From: Bacteroidales bacterium
GTDB lineage: Bacteria > Bacteroidota > Bacteroidia > Bacteroidales > UBA7960
Assembly (NCBI GenBank): GCA_007125585.1
Contig: SLCY01000067.1
Coordinates: 8,638 to 72,637, forward strand
Direction of reading: 5' to 3'
Length of the DNA: 64,000 nucleotides
Position 1 is the first letter of the stretch, and each line of letters opens with the position of its first letter. The notes beneath the pieces are model-generated. The model saw only the letters and a list, made by a program, of their open reading frames with translations, did not search any database and had not been told where the DNA came from. Below are positions 46,934 through 56,869 of this stretch, in pieces. The position numbers and the translations under genes were made by a program.

Positions 46934-48010
46934 ATGTTTAAATTCTTGATCAAGCGTTTCTGGTATGGCTTGTGGGTGCTGTTTGGTGTGGTGACGGTGG
47001 TTTTTTTCCTGTTTAACGTCCTGCCCGGCGACCCTGCACGCATGATGCTTGGCCAGCGGGCTGATATCATTTCCGTGGAGGCGATACAGCGCGACCTGGG
47101 CCTCGATCGGCCGGTGCATCAGCAGTATCTGCACTATCTGAACGACATCTCACCCATTAGCCTGCACCGGCATTCAGCAACAACAAGCCTCCACTACCTT
47201 GACCCGGATGCCTATTCCTATATCACCCTCGCCACCATCGGCGATCATGCCATGGTGATCAAGAAACCATACCTTCGCCGGTCCTATCAAAGCGGTCGCG
47301 ATGTGACGGAGATCCTCCGGTCAGCTTTTCCGAACACCCTCCTGTTGGCGGCTGTTTCCATTGTATTTGCCATGGTGGCAGGGGTTGTGCTGGGGTCTTT
47401 CATTGCACTGAAACGCAAGCCCTGGCTAAGCCGGGGGACCCTGGTGTTTTCCGTCCTGGGCATGTCATTGCCCTCATTCTTTGCCGCCATCATCATCGCC
47501 TGGGTCTTTGCCTACCTGCTGGGCGACATTACCGGACTCAGCATGACGGGCTCACTCTGGGAGGTTGATGACTTCGGCCGGGGTGAGTATATTGCATGGC
47601 AAAACATCATTTTACCTGCCGTAACATTGGGGATCAGGCCACTGGCGATCGTGACCGAGCTTACACGCAGCTCCCTGAACAGTGTGATGGCCATGGATTT
47701 TATCCGTACCGCCCGTGCCAAAGGCCTTTCAGAATACCGGGTGATCACCCGCCATGCCCTGAAAAACGCCATGAACCCGGTAATAACAGCCGTTTCAGGA
47801 TGGTTTGCATCCCTCATGGCAGGGGCCGTGTTCGTCGAATATGTGTTCGACTGGAAAGGCATCGGCGTGGTCATCGTGGAAGCCCTTGAATATTATGACT
47901 TCCCGGTGCTAATGGGCGCTGTTCTTTTGATTTCTGTGGTCCTCGTACTGGTAAACATTATCGTGGACATTGTCTATGCCTGGCTGGATCCGCGTGTACG
48001 CCTGGGTTGA
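46934..48010 (+). CDS. ABC transporter permease (DppB/OppB-like)
   Basis: It reads FNVLPGDPARMMLG and has a multi-TM body containing an EAA-like loop (RTARAKGLSEYRVITRHALKNAM). Confidence 0.8.
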   Translation: MFKFLIKRFWYGLWVLFGVVTVVFFLFNVLPGDPARMMLGQRADIISVEAIQRDLGLDRPVHQQYLHYLNDISPISLHRHSATTSLHYLDPDAYSYITLATIGDHAMVIKKPYLRRSYQSGRDVTEILRSAFPNTLLLAAVSIVFAMVAGVVLGSFIALKRKPWLSRGTLVFSVLGMSLPSFFAAIIIAWVFAYLLGDITGLSMTGSLWEVDDFGRGEYIAWQNIILPAVTLGIRPLAIVTELTRSSLNSVMAMDFIRTARAKGLSEYRVITRHALKNAMNPVITAVSGWFASLMAGAVFVEYVFDWKGIGVVIVEALEYYDFPVLMGAVLLISVVLVLVNIIVDIVYAWLDPRVRLG

Positions 48011-48141
48011 ACAGTGAATGGCCGCAAATAAGCGGCACCGCCGGCATGCACCCCTGTGAGAACCCCGGAGATCAATGAAAAAGCAAAAACAGGAACACAA
48101 TACCAATATTATCAATATAAAAACACAAACCAAACAAAACC

Positions 48142-48939
48142 ATGAGAAAGAAAATTGTAGCAGGTAACTGGAAAATGAACCTGAACTTTGAGGAAGCGAA
48201 AGCACTGGCCGGCGAACTAAAAGTGAAACTCGATCATCAAAGGGGGGTGGTCCCGGCACACAAGGCCGTGTCCTCGCCGGAAGTGGTGCTTTTCCCACCA
48301 TATGTTTACCTGACAAGAATACTTGATCTTTTCATTAACGATGAGGGCGTATCGGTGGGTGCACAGAACTGTCATCATGAGGATCATGGAGCCCATACCG
48401 GTGAGGTTTCCGCCCCCATGATCAGCTCAGTGGGGGCCACCCATGTTATTATCGGACATTCCGAGCGCAGGAGTCAGTTCGGGGAAGATGATGAACTGCT
48501 TGCACAAAAGGTGAAACAGGCGCTGAAGAGTGCTCTGGTACCGGTGTTCTGTTGCGGGGAAATGCTGCCTGAACGTGAAAACGGCAAACATTTCCAGGTT
48601 GTCACAGATCAGCTCCTTCGTGGCCTTTTCTGGATGGATGAAGTCCAGCTGGCCAAAGTGGTTATCGCTTATGAACCCGTTTGGGCCATAGGCACAGGTG
48701 TTACTGCCAGTCCCGGGCAGGCCCAGGAGATGCATGCGCACATCCGTAAACTGATCGGTGATACATACAGCAAAGGGGCGGCAGAGCGGATGTCTGTCCT
48801 TTACGGTGGCAGTTGCAATGCTAAAAACGCCGCAGAGCTTTTCGCAAATCCCGATGTGGATGGCGGACTTATTGGCGGGGCATCGCTCAAGGCAGCCGAT
48901 TTCTTTCAAATTATCAAGAGCCTGGACGGGAGCCAGTAA
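48142..48939 (+). CDS. tpiA: Triose-phosphate isomerase
   Basis: It has VAGNWKMN, IGHSERR, AYEPVWAIGTG and YGGS. Confidence 0.9.
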   Translation: MRKKIVAGNWKMNLNFEEAKALAGELKVKLDHQRGVVPAHKAVSSPEVVLFPPYVYLTRILDLFINDEGVSVGAQNCHHEDHGAHTGEVSAPMISSVGATHVIIGHSERRSQFGEDDELLAQKVKQALKSALVPVFCCGEMLPERENGKHFQVVTDQLLRGLFWMDEVQLAKVVIAYEPVWAIGTGVTASPGQAQEMHAHIRKLIGDTYSKGAAERMSVLYGGSCNAKNAAELFANPDVDGGLIGGASLKAADFFQIIKSLDGSQ

Positions 48940-48995
48940 CTGTCAATGAAAGGACAACGCGTAATTAATGTCAGAAGATCAATGAATAATACCCC

Positions 48996-49835
48996 ATGGA
49001 TTATATAGAGATTCATTGCCGGGTGAAGCCGAAAGAGCCATGGGCAGATATCCTTATCGCCGAACTGGCCGATATTGGCTTTGAGAGCTTTTCGGATGAG
49101 ACGGATGGCTTTAAGGCCTACGTCTCTGCTTGCAGCTACCGCTCAAAACCGGTTAAGGCGATCTACGAAAAATACGCTGAAACCGGGCCTGAAAAGCTGT
49201 CATTTGAAGTGCTGCGGCTTGGAGGCAGAAACTGGAATGCGGTGTGGGAAAGCAACTTTGAACCGGTAATGATTGCCGGTGAGTGCCTGGTCAGGGCACC
49301 TTTCCATGTGCCAAACCCGGATGCAGCCTTTGAGATCATTATTGAGCCCAAAATGTCTTTTGGCACAGGTCACCATGAGACCACATCCCTGGTGGTGGAA
49401 TGGCTCCTGGAGATGGACCTGGAAGATAAGGCCGTCCTGGATATGGGTTGCGGAACGGGGATCCTGGCCATCCTGGCAGCCAAAAAGGGCGCCCGGCCAG
49501 TCACCGCCATCGACAACTACCTCTATGCATGGGAAAATGCACAGGAGAATGCTGGGCGGAATGCTGTTCATCACATGCGAGTCCTTCATGGCGACGCTTC
49601 TCTGTTGGGCAGAGAAAGGTACGATGTGATCATTGCCAATATCACGCGTAATGTTCTGCTGGAAGACATGGAAAAATACCTTCAGGTGCTAAATACCGGT
49701 GGGGTGTTGCTGTTGAGTGGCTTCCTGTCTTTTGACAAAGACACTATCTTTGCAGAGGCCGATCGCCTCGGGCTGCGCCTTGCCGGAGAAAAAAATCAAA
49801 AAGACTGGGTGTCGTTGAAATTGCAAAAATCATAG
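48996..49835 (+). CDS. prmA: Ribosomal protein L11 methyltransferase
   Basis: It has FGTGHHETT and VLDMGCGTGILAI, followed by ANI. Confidence 0.85.
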   Translation: MDYIEIHCRVKPKEPWADILIAELADIGFESFSDETDGFKAYVSACSYRSKPVKAIYEKYAETGPEKLSFEVLRLGGRNWNAVWESNFEPVMIAGECLVRAPFHVPNPDAAFEIIIEPKMSFGTGHHETTSLVVEWLLEMDLEDKAVLDMGCGTGILAILAAKKGARPVTAIDNYLYAWENAQENAGRNAVHHMRVLHGDASLLGRERYDVIIANITRNVLLEDMEKYLQVLNTGGVLLLSGFLSFDKDTIFAEADRLGLRLAGEKNQKDWVSLKLQKS

Positions 49836-49836
49836 A

Positions 49837-50481
49837 ATGATGGATATACAGTTCGCTGATCATCTTCCCATCCTGCTGATGGTCATTGTGGCCTACCTGT
49901 TGGGTTCGATCCCAACGGCGCTATGGGCAGGCAAGTGGTGGTACGGTCTTGATATCCGTGAGCATGGCAGTGGCAATGCCGGTGCAACCAATGCCATGCG
50001 TGTGTTGGGTCCCATACTTGGCTCAGCTGTTCTGCTGATCGATGCCCTGAAAGGCATCGCCGCAGTCAGCCTTGCATTGGTCGTGAACACTGGATTTTTG
50101 TCTACCGGGTGGTTTGTTGTATATCAATTGCTTCTGGGCGGCATGGCCGTCCTCGGGCACGTGTTCCCCCTGTTTGCCTCTTTTAAGGGGGGCAAAGGCA
50201 TCGCCACACTGATAGGCATCACGTTCATCCTGTTTCCCGAAGCATTCCTGATCTGTCTCGTCATCTTCCTGGCGGTATTCTTTTCCACCCGGTACGTGTC
50301 GCTGGGATCGATGGCAGCCGCCGTAGCACTACCCATTGTGGTGATCTGGGTAAAAGAGGTCACGCTGCTTCCAAAAATAATATTTACAATCGCCGTTGCC
50401 CTGTTTGTCCCAATCACCCACCTAAACAATATCAGAAGACTGCTGCAGGGCAAAGAAAACAGGATATCCTTCAAAAAATGA
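49837..50481 (+). CDS. plsY: Glycerol-3-phosphate acyltransferase PlsY
   Basis: It has GSGNAGATN and FKGGKG, and is multi-TM. Confidence 0.9.
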   Translation: MMDIQFADHLPILLMVIVAYLLGSIPTALWAGKWWYGLDIREHGSGNAGATNAMRVLGPILGSAVLLIDALKGIAAVSLALVVNTGFLSTGWFVVYQLLLGGMAVLGHVFPLFASFKGGKGIATLIGITFILFPEAFLICLVIFLAVFFSTRYVSLGSMAAAVALPIVVIWVKEVTLLPKIIFTIAVALFVPITHLNNIRRLLQGKENRISFKK

Positions 50482-50635
50482 CCTGGTGGCCGTTCAACCC
50501 TGTTGTTGTCCGGATGGCATGATCCTCAGGCCAAAACCCCGGACTAAGCAATGCAGCCGGAGGCACCGGACAAATTTGATGGCCGGCAGGTTTAGGATGA
50601 CAAGCCGTTTACGCCACGATAATGTTTTTTTTCGC

Positions 50636-50643
50636 TATTTTTG
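50636..50643 (+). promoter_or_regulatory. Candidate -7 box for the first M48 peptidase gene
   Basis: TATTTTTG lies 36 nt upstream of ATG 50679. Confidence 0.4.
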
Positions 50644-50678
50644 TTATGGACATGTATCAATAACAAAATGACCATCTC

Positions 50679-51497
50679 ATGAACACTTCACGGTTAATCC
50701 TTGTCCTGGTAATTGCCACACTTTGGTCTTCCTGTGCCAGGGTTCCCATATCCGGCCGCCGGCAGATGCGTCTTCTCCCTGAGGGCCTGTTGACTGAAAT
50801 GGCGGCTGCCAACTACCAGGGCTTTATGGATGAGCATACTGTTGTGCCCGCCTCTGATCTGCGGACGCAAATGGTAGCCCGCACGGGGGAGAATATCTCT
50901 GTTGCGGTGGTTGACTATCTGCGGGAGACAGGTAAGGCCAAGCGTGTGCATGATTTTGAGTGGGAGTTTCAGCTGGTTGAGAGCGAACAGGTAAATGCGT
51001 GGGCCATGCCGGGTGGCAAGATAGCCATATATACCGGCATCCTTGATCTGACCCGGGATGAGGATGGCCTTGCAGTCGTGATGTCGCACGAGATAGCACA
51101 CGCTGTGGCACGACATGGCAATGAACGGATGAGCCAGCAGCTGATGCTGATGGTGGGTGCTGTGAGCCTTGATGTGGCACTCAGGGAAAAACCACAGCTC
51201 ACAAGGGAGATCTTCATGCTGGCCTATGGGGTGGGGGGTACTCTGGGAACACTTGCCTACAGCCGTCAGCATGAATATGAAGCCGATGCACTGGGCATGA
51301 CCTTTATGGCCATGGCAGGCTACGACCCGTCGCATGCAATTAGCTTTTGGGAAAGGATGCTGGAATACTCAGGAGGCGCACAGATACCCGAATTTCTCAG
51401 CACCCATCCCTCAAATGAAGCCAGGATAAATGCAGCCAGGGAATATCTGCCGGAAGCGATGACATATTATCAGGAGAATGAACCCGCGACCCGATAA
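50679..51497 (+). CDS. M48-family metallopeptidase, lipoprotein (YcaL/LoiP-like)
   Basis: It has a lipobox (ATLWSSC) and the zinc motif HEIAHAVARH, with a downstream glutamate (QHEYEAD). Confidence 0.8.
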   Translation: MNTSRLILVLVIATLWSSCARVPISGRRQMRLLPEGLLTEMAAANYQGFMDEHTVVPASDLRTQMVARTGENISVAVVDYLRETGKAKRVHDFEWEFQLVESEQVNAWAMPGGKIAIYTGILDLTRDEDGLAVVMSHEIAHAVARHGNERMSQQLMLMVGAVSLDVALREKPQLTREIFMLAYGVGGTLGTLAYSRQHEYEADALGMTFMAMAGYDPSHAISFWERMLEYSGGAQIPEFLSTHPSNEARINAAREYLPEAMTYYQENEPATR

Positions 51498-51701
51498 AAC
51501 GTTGTATTGATACATTGTTTTACGGATAAGGGAAGGCGGGTCGCGACGGTTATATTTAAAAAAGATACAAACATGAATGTGTGAAGAACAGGCACCTGTT
51601 TTGTCAAATACAGAAATCTTATAATCAGCAAATTACTTATAAATCAACAAAAAACAGGTTAAATTTTGCCCAATGTCCTGGCATGCAGCCCGCAAAAGAT
51701 G

Positions 51702-51709
51702 TAACTTTG
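51702..51709 (+). promoter_or_regulatory. Candidate -7 box for nfeD-floA
   Basis: TAACTTTG lies about 107 nt upstream of ATG 51816. Confidence 0.35.
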
Positions 51710-51815
51710 GAAGATTGAATACCGGTTATCTGCCTGCGCAGTTGATGACATGCTGCATCAGGGTTCAAAAAGCCTTGAAAGTCAATGGCCATGACACGCA
51801 ATAGAAACTGAATAA

Positions 51816-52286
51816 ATGATTTGGTTGGTCGTATTAAGCCTGATTGTTGTCGGAATCGTATTCCTCCTGCTTGAAATATTGGTGGTTCCGGGTGCAACGG
51901 TTGTGGGTCTGTTTGGTGTTGGTCTCGTCATAGCTGGTATTGTGGTCTCCTTCAATCATTATGGTGTAGAGACGGGCATTATCACCCTTGTGGGAACATT
52001 GGTAATAAGCCTGATATCCATAGGTGTCGCCCTGAGGTCCAATACCTGGAAAAAAGCCATGCACACCACGAACCTGGAAGGAAGGGTGAATATCATTGAG
52101 GCCGATAAAGTGGTAAAAGGGGATGAAGGGTTGACCATCACCCGGGTAAACCCCATGGGGAAAGCCCTTATCAAAGGCGAATATTTTGAGGTTAGCTCCA
52201 AAGATAATCTTATACCTGAAAACACGCCCATTGTGGTGTTGAAAGTTGAAGGAAACAAAATCATTGTCAAACCAAAAGAAGCATAA
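51816..52286 (+). CDS. NfeD-family membrane protein (short form with a C-terminal OB-fold domain)
   Basis: It has three hydrophobic segments followed by [25 protein letters not shown]. It lies 2 nt upstream of floA. Confidence 0.7.
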   Translation: MIWLVVLSLIVVGIVFLLLEILVVPGATVVGLFGVGLVIAGIVVSFNHYGVETGIITLVGTLVISLISIGVALRSNTWKKAMHTTNLEGRVNIIEADKVVKGDEGLTITRVNPMGKALIKGEYFEVSSKDNLIPENTPIVVLKVEGNKIIVKPKEA

Positions 52287-52288
52287 AC

Positions 52289-53296
52289 ATGGAAAACATT
52301 GGAGTCATTATTGCCATAGCCCTTGTGAGTATTGTAGGTTTATGGATCATCTTTTATTTCATCCCCGTTGGATTGTGGTTTTCTGCATTGGTGTCGGGTG
52401 TTCGCATCAGCCTGTTGCAGCTTGTGCTCATGCGCTGGCGCAAGATCCCGCCGGCGGTGATCGTGAACAACCTGATCTCTGCGACCAAGGCGGGTCTTAC
52501 TCTGAACCGGAATGACCTGGAGGCACATTACCTGGCCGGGGGACGGGTCAAGGCTGTTGTCAATGCCCTGATCAGTGCCGACAAGGCGAATATCCCGCTC
52601 GACTTCAAGACGGCCACGGCGATCGACCTGGCAGGTCGTGACGTGCTGGAAGCAGTGCAGATGTCGGTGAAGCCGAAGGTGATCAATACCCCGCCCGTTG
52701 CAGCTGTTGCCAAAGACGGTATCCAGCTGATCGCCAAGGCAAGGGTGACATTGCGCGCCAACATCAAACAGCTGGTGGGCGGTGCCGGCGAAGAGACAAT
52801 CCTGGCAAGGGTCGGCGAAGGTATCGTTACATCCATCGGGTCGGCACAGCACCATAAAATGGTGTTGGAAAACCCTGACAGCATATCCAAGGTGGTGCTT
52901 TCCAAGGGCCTTGACTCCGGAACAGCTTACGAGATCCTTTCCATCGATATCGCCGATATCGATGTGGGCAAGAACATCGGGGCCATGCTGCAGATCGACC
53001 AGGCCAACGCCGATAAGAACATCGCACAGGCCAAAGCAGAAGAGCGCCGTGCTATGGCGGTCGCTGCCGAACAGGAAATGAAAGCAAAAGCCCAGGAAGC
53101 CCGTGCCAAAGTTATCCAGGAAGAAGCGGAGATCCCAAAAGCAATTTCCGAATCTTTCAGAAGCGGAAACCTTGGTATCATGGACTTCTATCGGATAGAA
53201 AATATACAAGCCGATACCTCCATGAGGGAGCAGATCGCCAAGCCGGGCAGCCCCTCAAAAGGGAAAGGCAAATCTGATGACAGCTCCACCAAATAA
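52289..53296 (+). CDS. floA: Flotillin-like protein FloA (SPFH superfamily, YqfA/UPF0365)
   Basis: It reads [32 protein letters not shown], followed by an Ala/Glu/Lys-rich coiled coil. The product is 335 aa. Confidence 0.8.
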   Translation: MENIGVIIAIALVSIVGLWIIFYFIPVGLWFSALVSGVRISLLQLVLMRWRKIPPAVIVNNLISATKAGLTLNRNDLEAHYLAGGRVKAVVNALISADKANIPLDFKTATAIDLAGRDVLEAVQMSVKPKVINTPPVAAVAKDGIQLIAKARVTLRANIKQLVGGAGEETILARVGEGIVTSIGSAQHHKMVLENPDSISKVVLSKGLDSGTAYEILSIDIADIDVGKNIGAMLQIDQANADKNIAQAKAEERRAMAVAAEQEMKAKAQEARAKVIQEEAEIPKAISESFRSGNLGIMDFYRIENIQADTSMREQIAKPGSPSKGKGKSDDSSTK

Positions 53297-53318
53297 TTAA
53301 ACGCTGCACAGATCGCTC

Positions 53319-53358
53319 AAACCACCTGTCTTCCTTATAAAGGCAGGTGGTTTTTTTT
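53319..53358 (+). terminator. Intrinsic terminator after floA
   Basis: AAACCACCTG (53319-53328) pairs with CAGGTGGTTT (53344-53353), and the T-run continues to 53358. Confidence 0.8.
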
Positions 53359-53416
53359 ACCCTTCCGACAATACAGGCCAATGCCTGGCCCTGTTTGCAG
53401 ACTCCTATATTAGCAC

Positions 53417-53424
53417 TATCTTTG
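53417..53424 (+). promoter_or_regulatory. Candidate -7 box for the vWA-like membrane protein gene
   Basis: TATCTTTG lies only 10 nt before the ORF-track ATG at 53434. The real start is therefore more likely ATG 53461 or 53464. Confidence 0.45.
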
Positions 53425-53433
53425 TGATGGCGA

Positions 53434-55551
53434 ATGGATGTTTTGAATGGATCGCACAATATGATGAACTTCAATCTTCTTTTTGATTATCCCGCATGGT
53501 TGATCCTTTTGTGTCTGCTTTGCGGGCTGGTCTATAGCGGCGTGTTGTATTACAGAAACAGCAAAGACGGCTTCAGCCTTCCGCTGAAACGGGCACTGGC
53601 GGCAGGCCGTTTCCTGGCAATAAGTATCCTGGCTTTGCTTTTGCTGGCCCCCCTGGTAGAAAGACGTACCCAGCACGTGGAAGACCCCCTGCTGATCTTT
53701 GTGCAGGATAATTCCGGCTCATTGCTGTTAGCAGACGACTTGCCACACTATCAGGATGATTATCTCCCGGATGTGAAAGCGTTTCTTGAAACAATGGCAT
53801 CGGGTCATGAGACCCGGTTCTATACTTTTGGGGAAAAGTTTATTCAGGCTGACTCGCTCGACCTCTCTGAGCAGGTTACAGATATGTCAAAAGTGTTCCG
53901 CGAGCTGGATGTGCGCTACAGCAACCGGAATATCGGCGCAGTGGTGCTGGCTGGCGATGGTTTGTACAACAGGGGGATCAATCCGCTCTATACTGCCGCC
54001 AATGTCAACTATCCAGTCTATACTGTAGCCCTCGGGGATACAATCCCCCGCCGTGATGTTATCCTTAAGCGAGTGAACCATAATGAGATCACTTATCTGG
54101 GCAACCGGTTCCCCGTTGAAATAGAGGTGGAGGCATTGCAGAGTGAAGGCCTTACCAGCCGGCTGACCGTTAGCCGTGGCGGAGAAGAGCTTTTCAGCGA
54201 AAACATCACTTTTATTACGGACCATCATATTGAAACCGTCAGCCTCCATCTGGAAGCGGATGAGGCCGGGATGCAACAATACCGTGCCACTTTGTCTCCC
54301 CTGGAGGATGAGGTTAGCCTGGACAACAACCAACAGGATTTTTTCATTGATGTGATCGACGGTCGCCAGCAGGTACTGATACTTGCCAACAGCCCGCATC
54401 CTGACGTCGGGGCCGTTAAGCAAGCCCTCGTCAACAACGATCATTATGAAGCCGATGTGTTCATGATCAAAGATTTTGATGGCAGCGTTGAGGCATATGA
54501 CCTGGTGATCCTGCACCAGCTCCCGTCAGATCAATACCCGGACCCTGCAATTATAGGGCAGGCAGTGGAAGCATCAGTATCTTTGCTGTTCATCAAGGGA
54601 AGCCAGACAAACCTGTCCGCTTTCAACCGTGTGGCACGCATAATGGAGATCGAGCCCGGGACGGATGAGCTCACCGAAACGTTACCAGTGTATAACCAGG
54701 CTTTTGTGCTTTTCTCCCTGCAGGAGTCCACCCGCACGTTGTTTGGCAATCTGCCCCCCCTGTATTCACCTTTTGGCAATTATACGCTGTCGGGCGGCAC
54801 ACATGTGTTGCTTAACCAAAAGATTGGCAATGTGGTCACCGAAGACCCCCTGATACTGTTCGGTGAATTTGGTGACCGGCGGGCCGGGGTGATCACGGGT
54901 GAGGGCATCTGGCGCTGGCGACAGCATGCCTTTATGCGTCAGGGAAGTCACCAGGCTTTCGATGAAATGATATCCCGGATGGTACACTACCTGGCATTAC
55001 AGGAAGACAGAAGGCTCTTCAGGGTGCAGGCAGATAACCTGGTCTACGAAAATGAAGCGGTGCTTTTTGAAGCCGAGCTCTATAACCTGAGCTATGAACT
55101 CATCAATGACCCTGAAGTGCAACTTGTGATCACCAATGAAGAAGGCTCAGGGTTTCCCTACGTGATGGGACGTACCGCCAATGCATACCGTATCAATGCC
55201 GGCAGCTTTGACCCGGGAACCTATCATTGGGAAGCACGTGTGAGTGTGGGTGGAGAACGCCTGACCGATGAAGGGATCTTCAACGTCAGTGCCCTCGACC
55301 TGGAAGGGCTGAGAACCATTGCCGATCACAGGCTACTGTACCAGCTGGCAGAGAACTCAGGAGCCAGGATGTTCTATCCAGGCCAGTGGGATGAACTGAT
55401 GACAGATATTAACGACAGGGAAGATATCAATCCTAAAATGTACACACATAAAGAGTTCGCCGAGATCATTAACATGAAGGGCCTGTTCTTCATTATCCTG
55501 TTGCTGCTCACTGCAGAGTGGTTTGTTCGTAAAAGAAGCGGAAGCTACTGA
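53434..55551 (+). CDS. Large membrane-anchored protein with an N-terminal vWA-like domain (function unknown)
   Basis: It has N-terminal TM segments and a C-terminal TM segment (GLFFIILLLLTAEWFVRKR). A MIDAS-like DNSGS lies at 53707-53721, preceded by LLIFVQ and followed later by VVLAGDGLYNRG. Confidence 0.55.
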   Translation: MDVLNGSHNMMNFNLLFDYPAWLILLCLLCGLVYSGVLYYRNSKDGFSLPLKRALAAGRFLAISILALLLLAPLVERRTQHVEDPLLIFVQDNSGSLLLADDLPHYQDDYLPDVKAFLETMASGHETRFYTFGEKFIQADSLDLSEQVTDMSKVFRELDVRYSNRNIGAVVLAGDGLYNRGINPLYTAANVNYPVYTVALGDTIPRRDVILKRVNHNEITYLGNRFPVEIEVEALQSEGLTSRLTVSRGGEELFSENITFITDHHIETVSLHLEADEAGMQQYRATLSPLEDEVSLDNNQQDFFIDVIDGRQQVLILANSPHPDVGAVKQALVNNDHYEADVFMIKDFDGSVEAYDLVILHQLPSDQYPDPAIIGQAVEASVSLLFIKGSQTNLSAFNRVARIMEIEPGTDELTETLPVYNQAFVLFSLQESTRTLFGNLPPLYSPFGNYTLSGGTHVLLNQKIGNVVTEDPLILFGEFGDRRAGVITGEGIWRWRQHAFMRQGSHQAFDEMISRMVHYLALQEDRRLFRVQADNLVYENEAVLFEAELYNLSYELINDPEVQLVITNEEGSGFPYVMGRTANAYRINAGSFDPGTYHWEARVSVGGERLTDEGIFNVSALDLEGLRTIADHRLLYQLAENSGARMFYPGQWDELMTDINDREDINPKMYTHKEFAEIINMKGLFFIILLLLTAEWFVRKRSGSY

Positions 55552-55577
55552 AATTTACTTCTAAACATTCCCGGTCT

Positions 55578-56822
55578 ATGGATCAAATCATTCTGAATAT
55601 CATCATCGCCATTATCGTTCTGGACTTTTTGTTCGATCGCATCATGGAATCTTTGAATGCCAGCCGACTGAGCAAGAAGTTGCCCGACGAGCTAAAAGGG
55701 ATCTACGATGAAGAAAAATACCGGAAGTCCCAGGAATATACCCGTGCGAAAATGCGTTTTGGACTGATGACCAGCACTTTTTCCTTTATTCTACTATTGT
55801 TGATGCTGGTATTTGGGGGATTTGGCTATCTGGACGGAGTGGTCCGGGAGTATACTTATCATCCCGTGTGGATGGCCGTGCTGTTCTTTGGCATTCTCGG
55901 ACTGGCCTCGGATCTATTGTCAACCCCGTTTGATATTTATGGAACTTTTGTAATGGAAGAGCGCTTTGGTTTCAATCGTACCAAACCAAAGACTTATTTT
56001 TTCGACAAGATCAAGGGATGGATGCTTGCCGTGCTGATTGGTGGCGGGTTGCTCGCTGTTTTTGTATGGTTTTACAATATCGCAGGTTCTTTTTTCTGGC
56101 TGTATGCCTGGCTGGTATTCACTGTTTTCAGTGTGTTCATGATGATGTTCTACAGTACGCTGATCGTGCCGTTGTTTAATAAACAGACCCCCCTGGAAGA
56201 GGGCCCCCTGCGTCAGGAAATAGAAAATTTTGCTGACAAGGCCGGTTTTAAACTGGACAACATCTATGTGATAGATGGTTCGAAAAGGAGCACAAAAGCC
56301 AATGCATATTTCAGTGGCCTCGGGCCGAAAAAGCGTATTGTATTATTTGACACCCTGATCAGGGAGCATACCACAGAGGAGTTGGTGGCCATCCTGGCAC
56401 ACGAGATCGGCCATTACAGGAAGAAACATACCCTTAAAGGAATGGCTATATCTGTTTTGCATACAGGGGTGATGTTGTTCCTGTTGGGACTGTTGATCAG
56501 CCGACCTGAGCTTTCGCAGGCGCTTGGGGCCGATCAGGCCAGCTTTCATATGGGTGTTTTGGCTTTCGGGCTGCTTTATTCCCCGGTTTCATTGTTGCTG
56601 GGGATCGTGGGCAACCGCTTGAGCAGGAAATATGAATACGAGGCCGATGCGTTTGCTGCCGGGAAATATGACCCGGATCCATTGAAGGAGGCCCTGAAAA
56701 AATTGTCGGTAAATCATTTAAGCAATTTGCGGCCCCATCCGGCCTATGTATATGTTCATTATTCACATCCACCCTTGTTGAAAAGGTTGTCGCATTTAGA
56801 CACCCACAGTAAAGATGATTGA
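55578..56822 (+). CDS. M48-family metallopeptidase, Ste24/HtpX-like integral membrane form
   Basis: It is multi-TM with the zinc motif HEIGHYRKKH and a downstream EYEAD. Confidence 0.8.
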   Translation: MDQIILNIIIAIIVLDFLFDRIMESLNASRLSKKLPDELKGIYDEEKYRKSQEYTRAKMRFGLMTSTFSFILLLLMLVFGGFGYLDGVVREYTYHPVWMAVLFFGILGLASDLLSTPFDIYGTFVMEERFGFNRTKPKTYFFDKIKGWMLAVLIGGGLLAVFVWFYNIAGSFFWLYAWLVFTVFSVFMMMFYSTLIVPLFNKQTPLEEGPLRQEIENFADKAGFKLDNIYVIDGSKRSTKANAYFSGLGPKKRIVLFDTLIREHTTEELVAILAHEIGHYRKKHTLKGMAISVLHTGVMLFLLGLLISRPELSQALGADQASFHMGVLAFGLLYSPVSLLLGIVGNRLSRKYEYEADAFAAGKYDPDPLKEALKKLSVNHLSNLRPHPAYVYVHYSHPPLLKRLSHLDTHSKDD

Positions 56823-56869
56823 TAAGGTTGGCACGGAAGGGCCAGGCCTGTCGGCCAGAATTTAAGCAG

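Noticed and set aside
50486-50671. A 61-aa ORF in the plsY/M48 spacer. Similar short intergenic ORFs lie at 198-517, 10583-10894 and 51637-51897.
   Set aside because: Their composition is Arg/Cys-rich. They have no promoter box or motif support, and they overlap predicted promoter regions of the neighbouring genes.
52340-53209. Long antisense ORFs opposite real genes. Examples are 52340-53209 (289 aa, opposite floA), 25610-26335 (opposite prfA), 22873-23652 (opposite the OmpA-family gene), 16708-17346 (opposite the thioredoxin-like gene), 50694-51335, 53887-54516, 43024-43575, 31014-31568 and 62163-62756.
   Set aside because: Each lies entirely within a gene that has clear family motifs on the other strand. 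Their translations are Cys/His/Arg/Gly-rich with no recognisable motifs. These are typical shadow ORFs.
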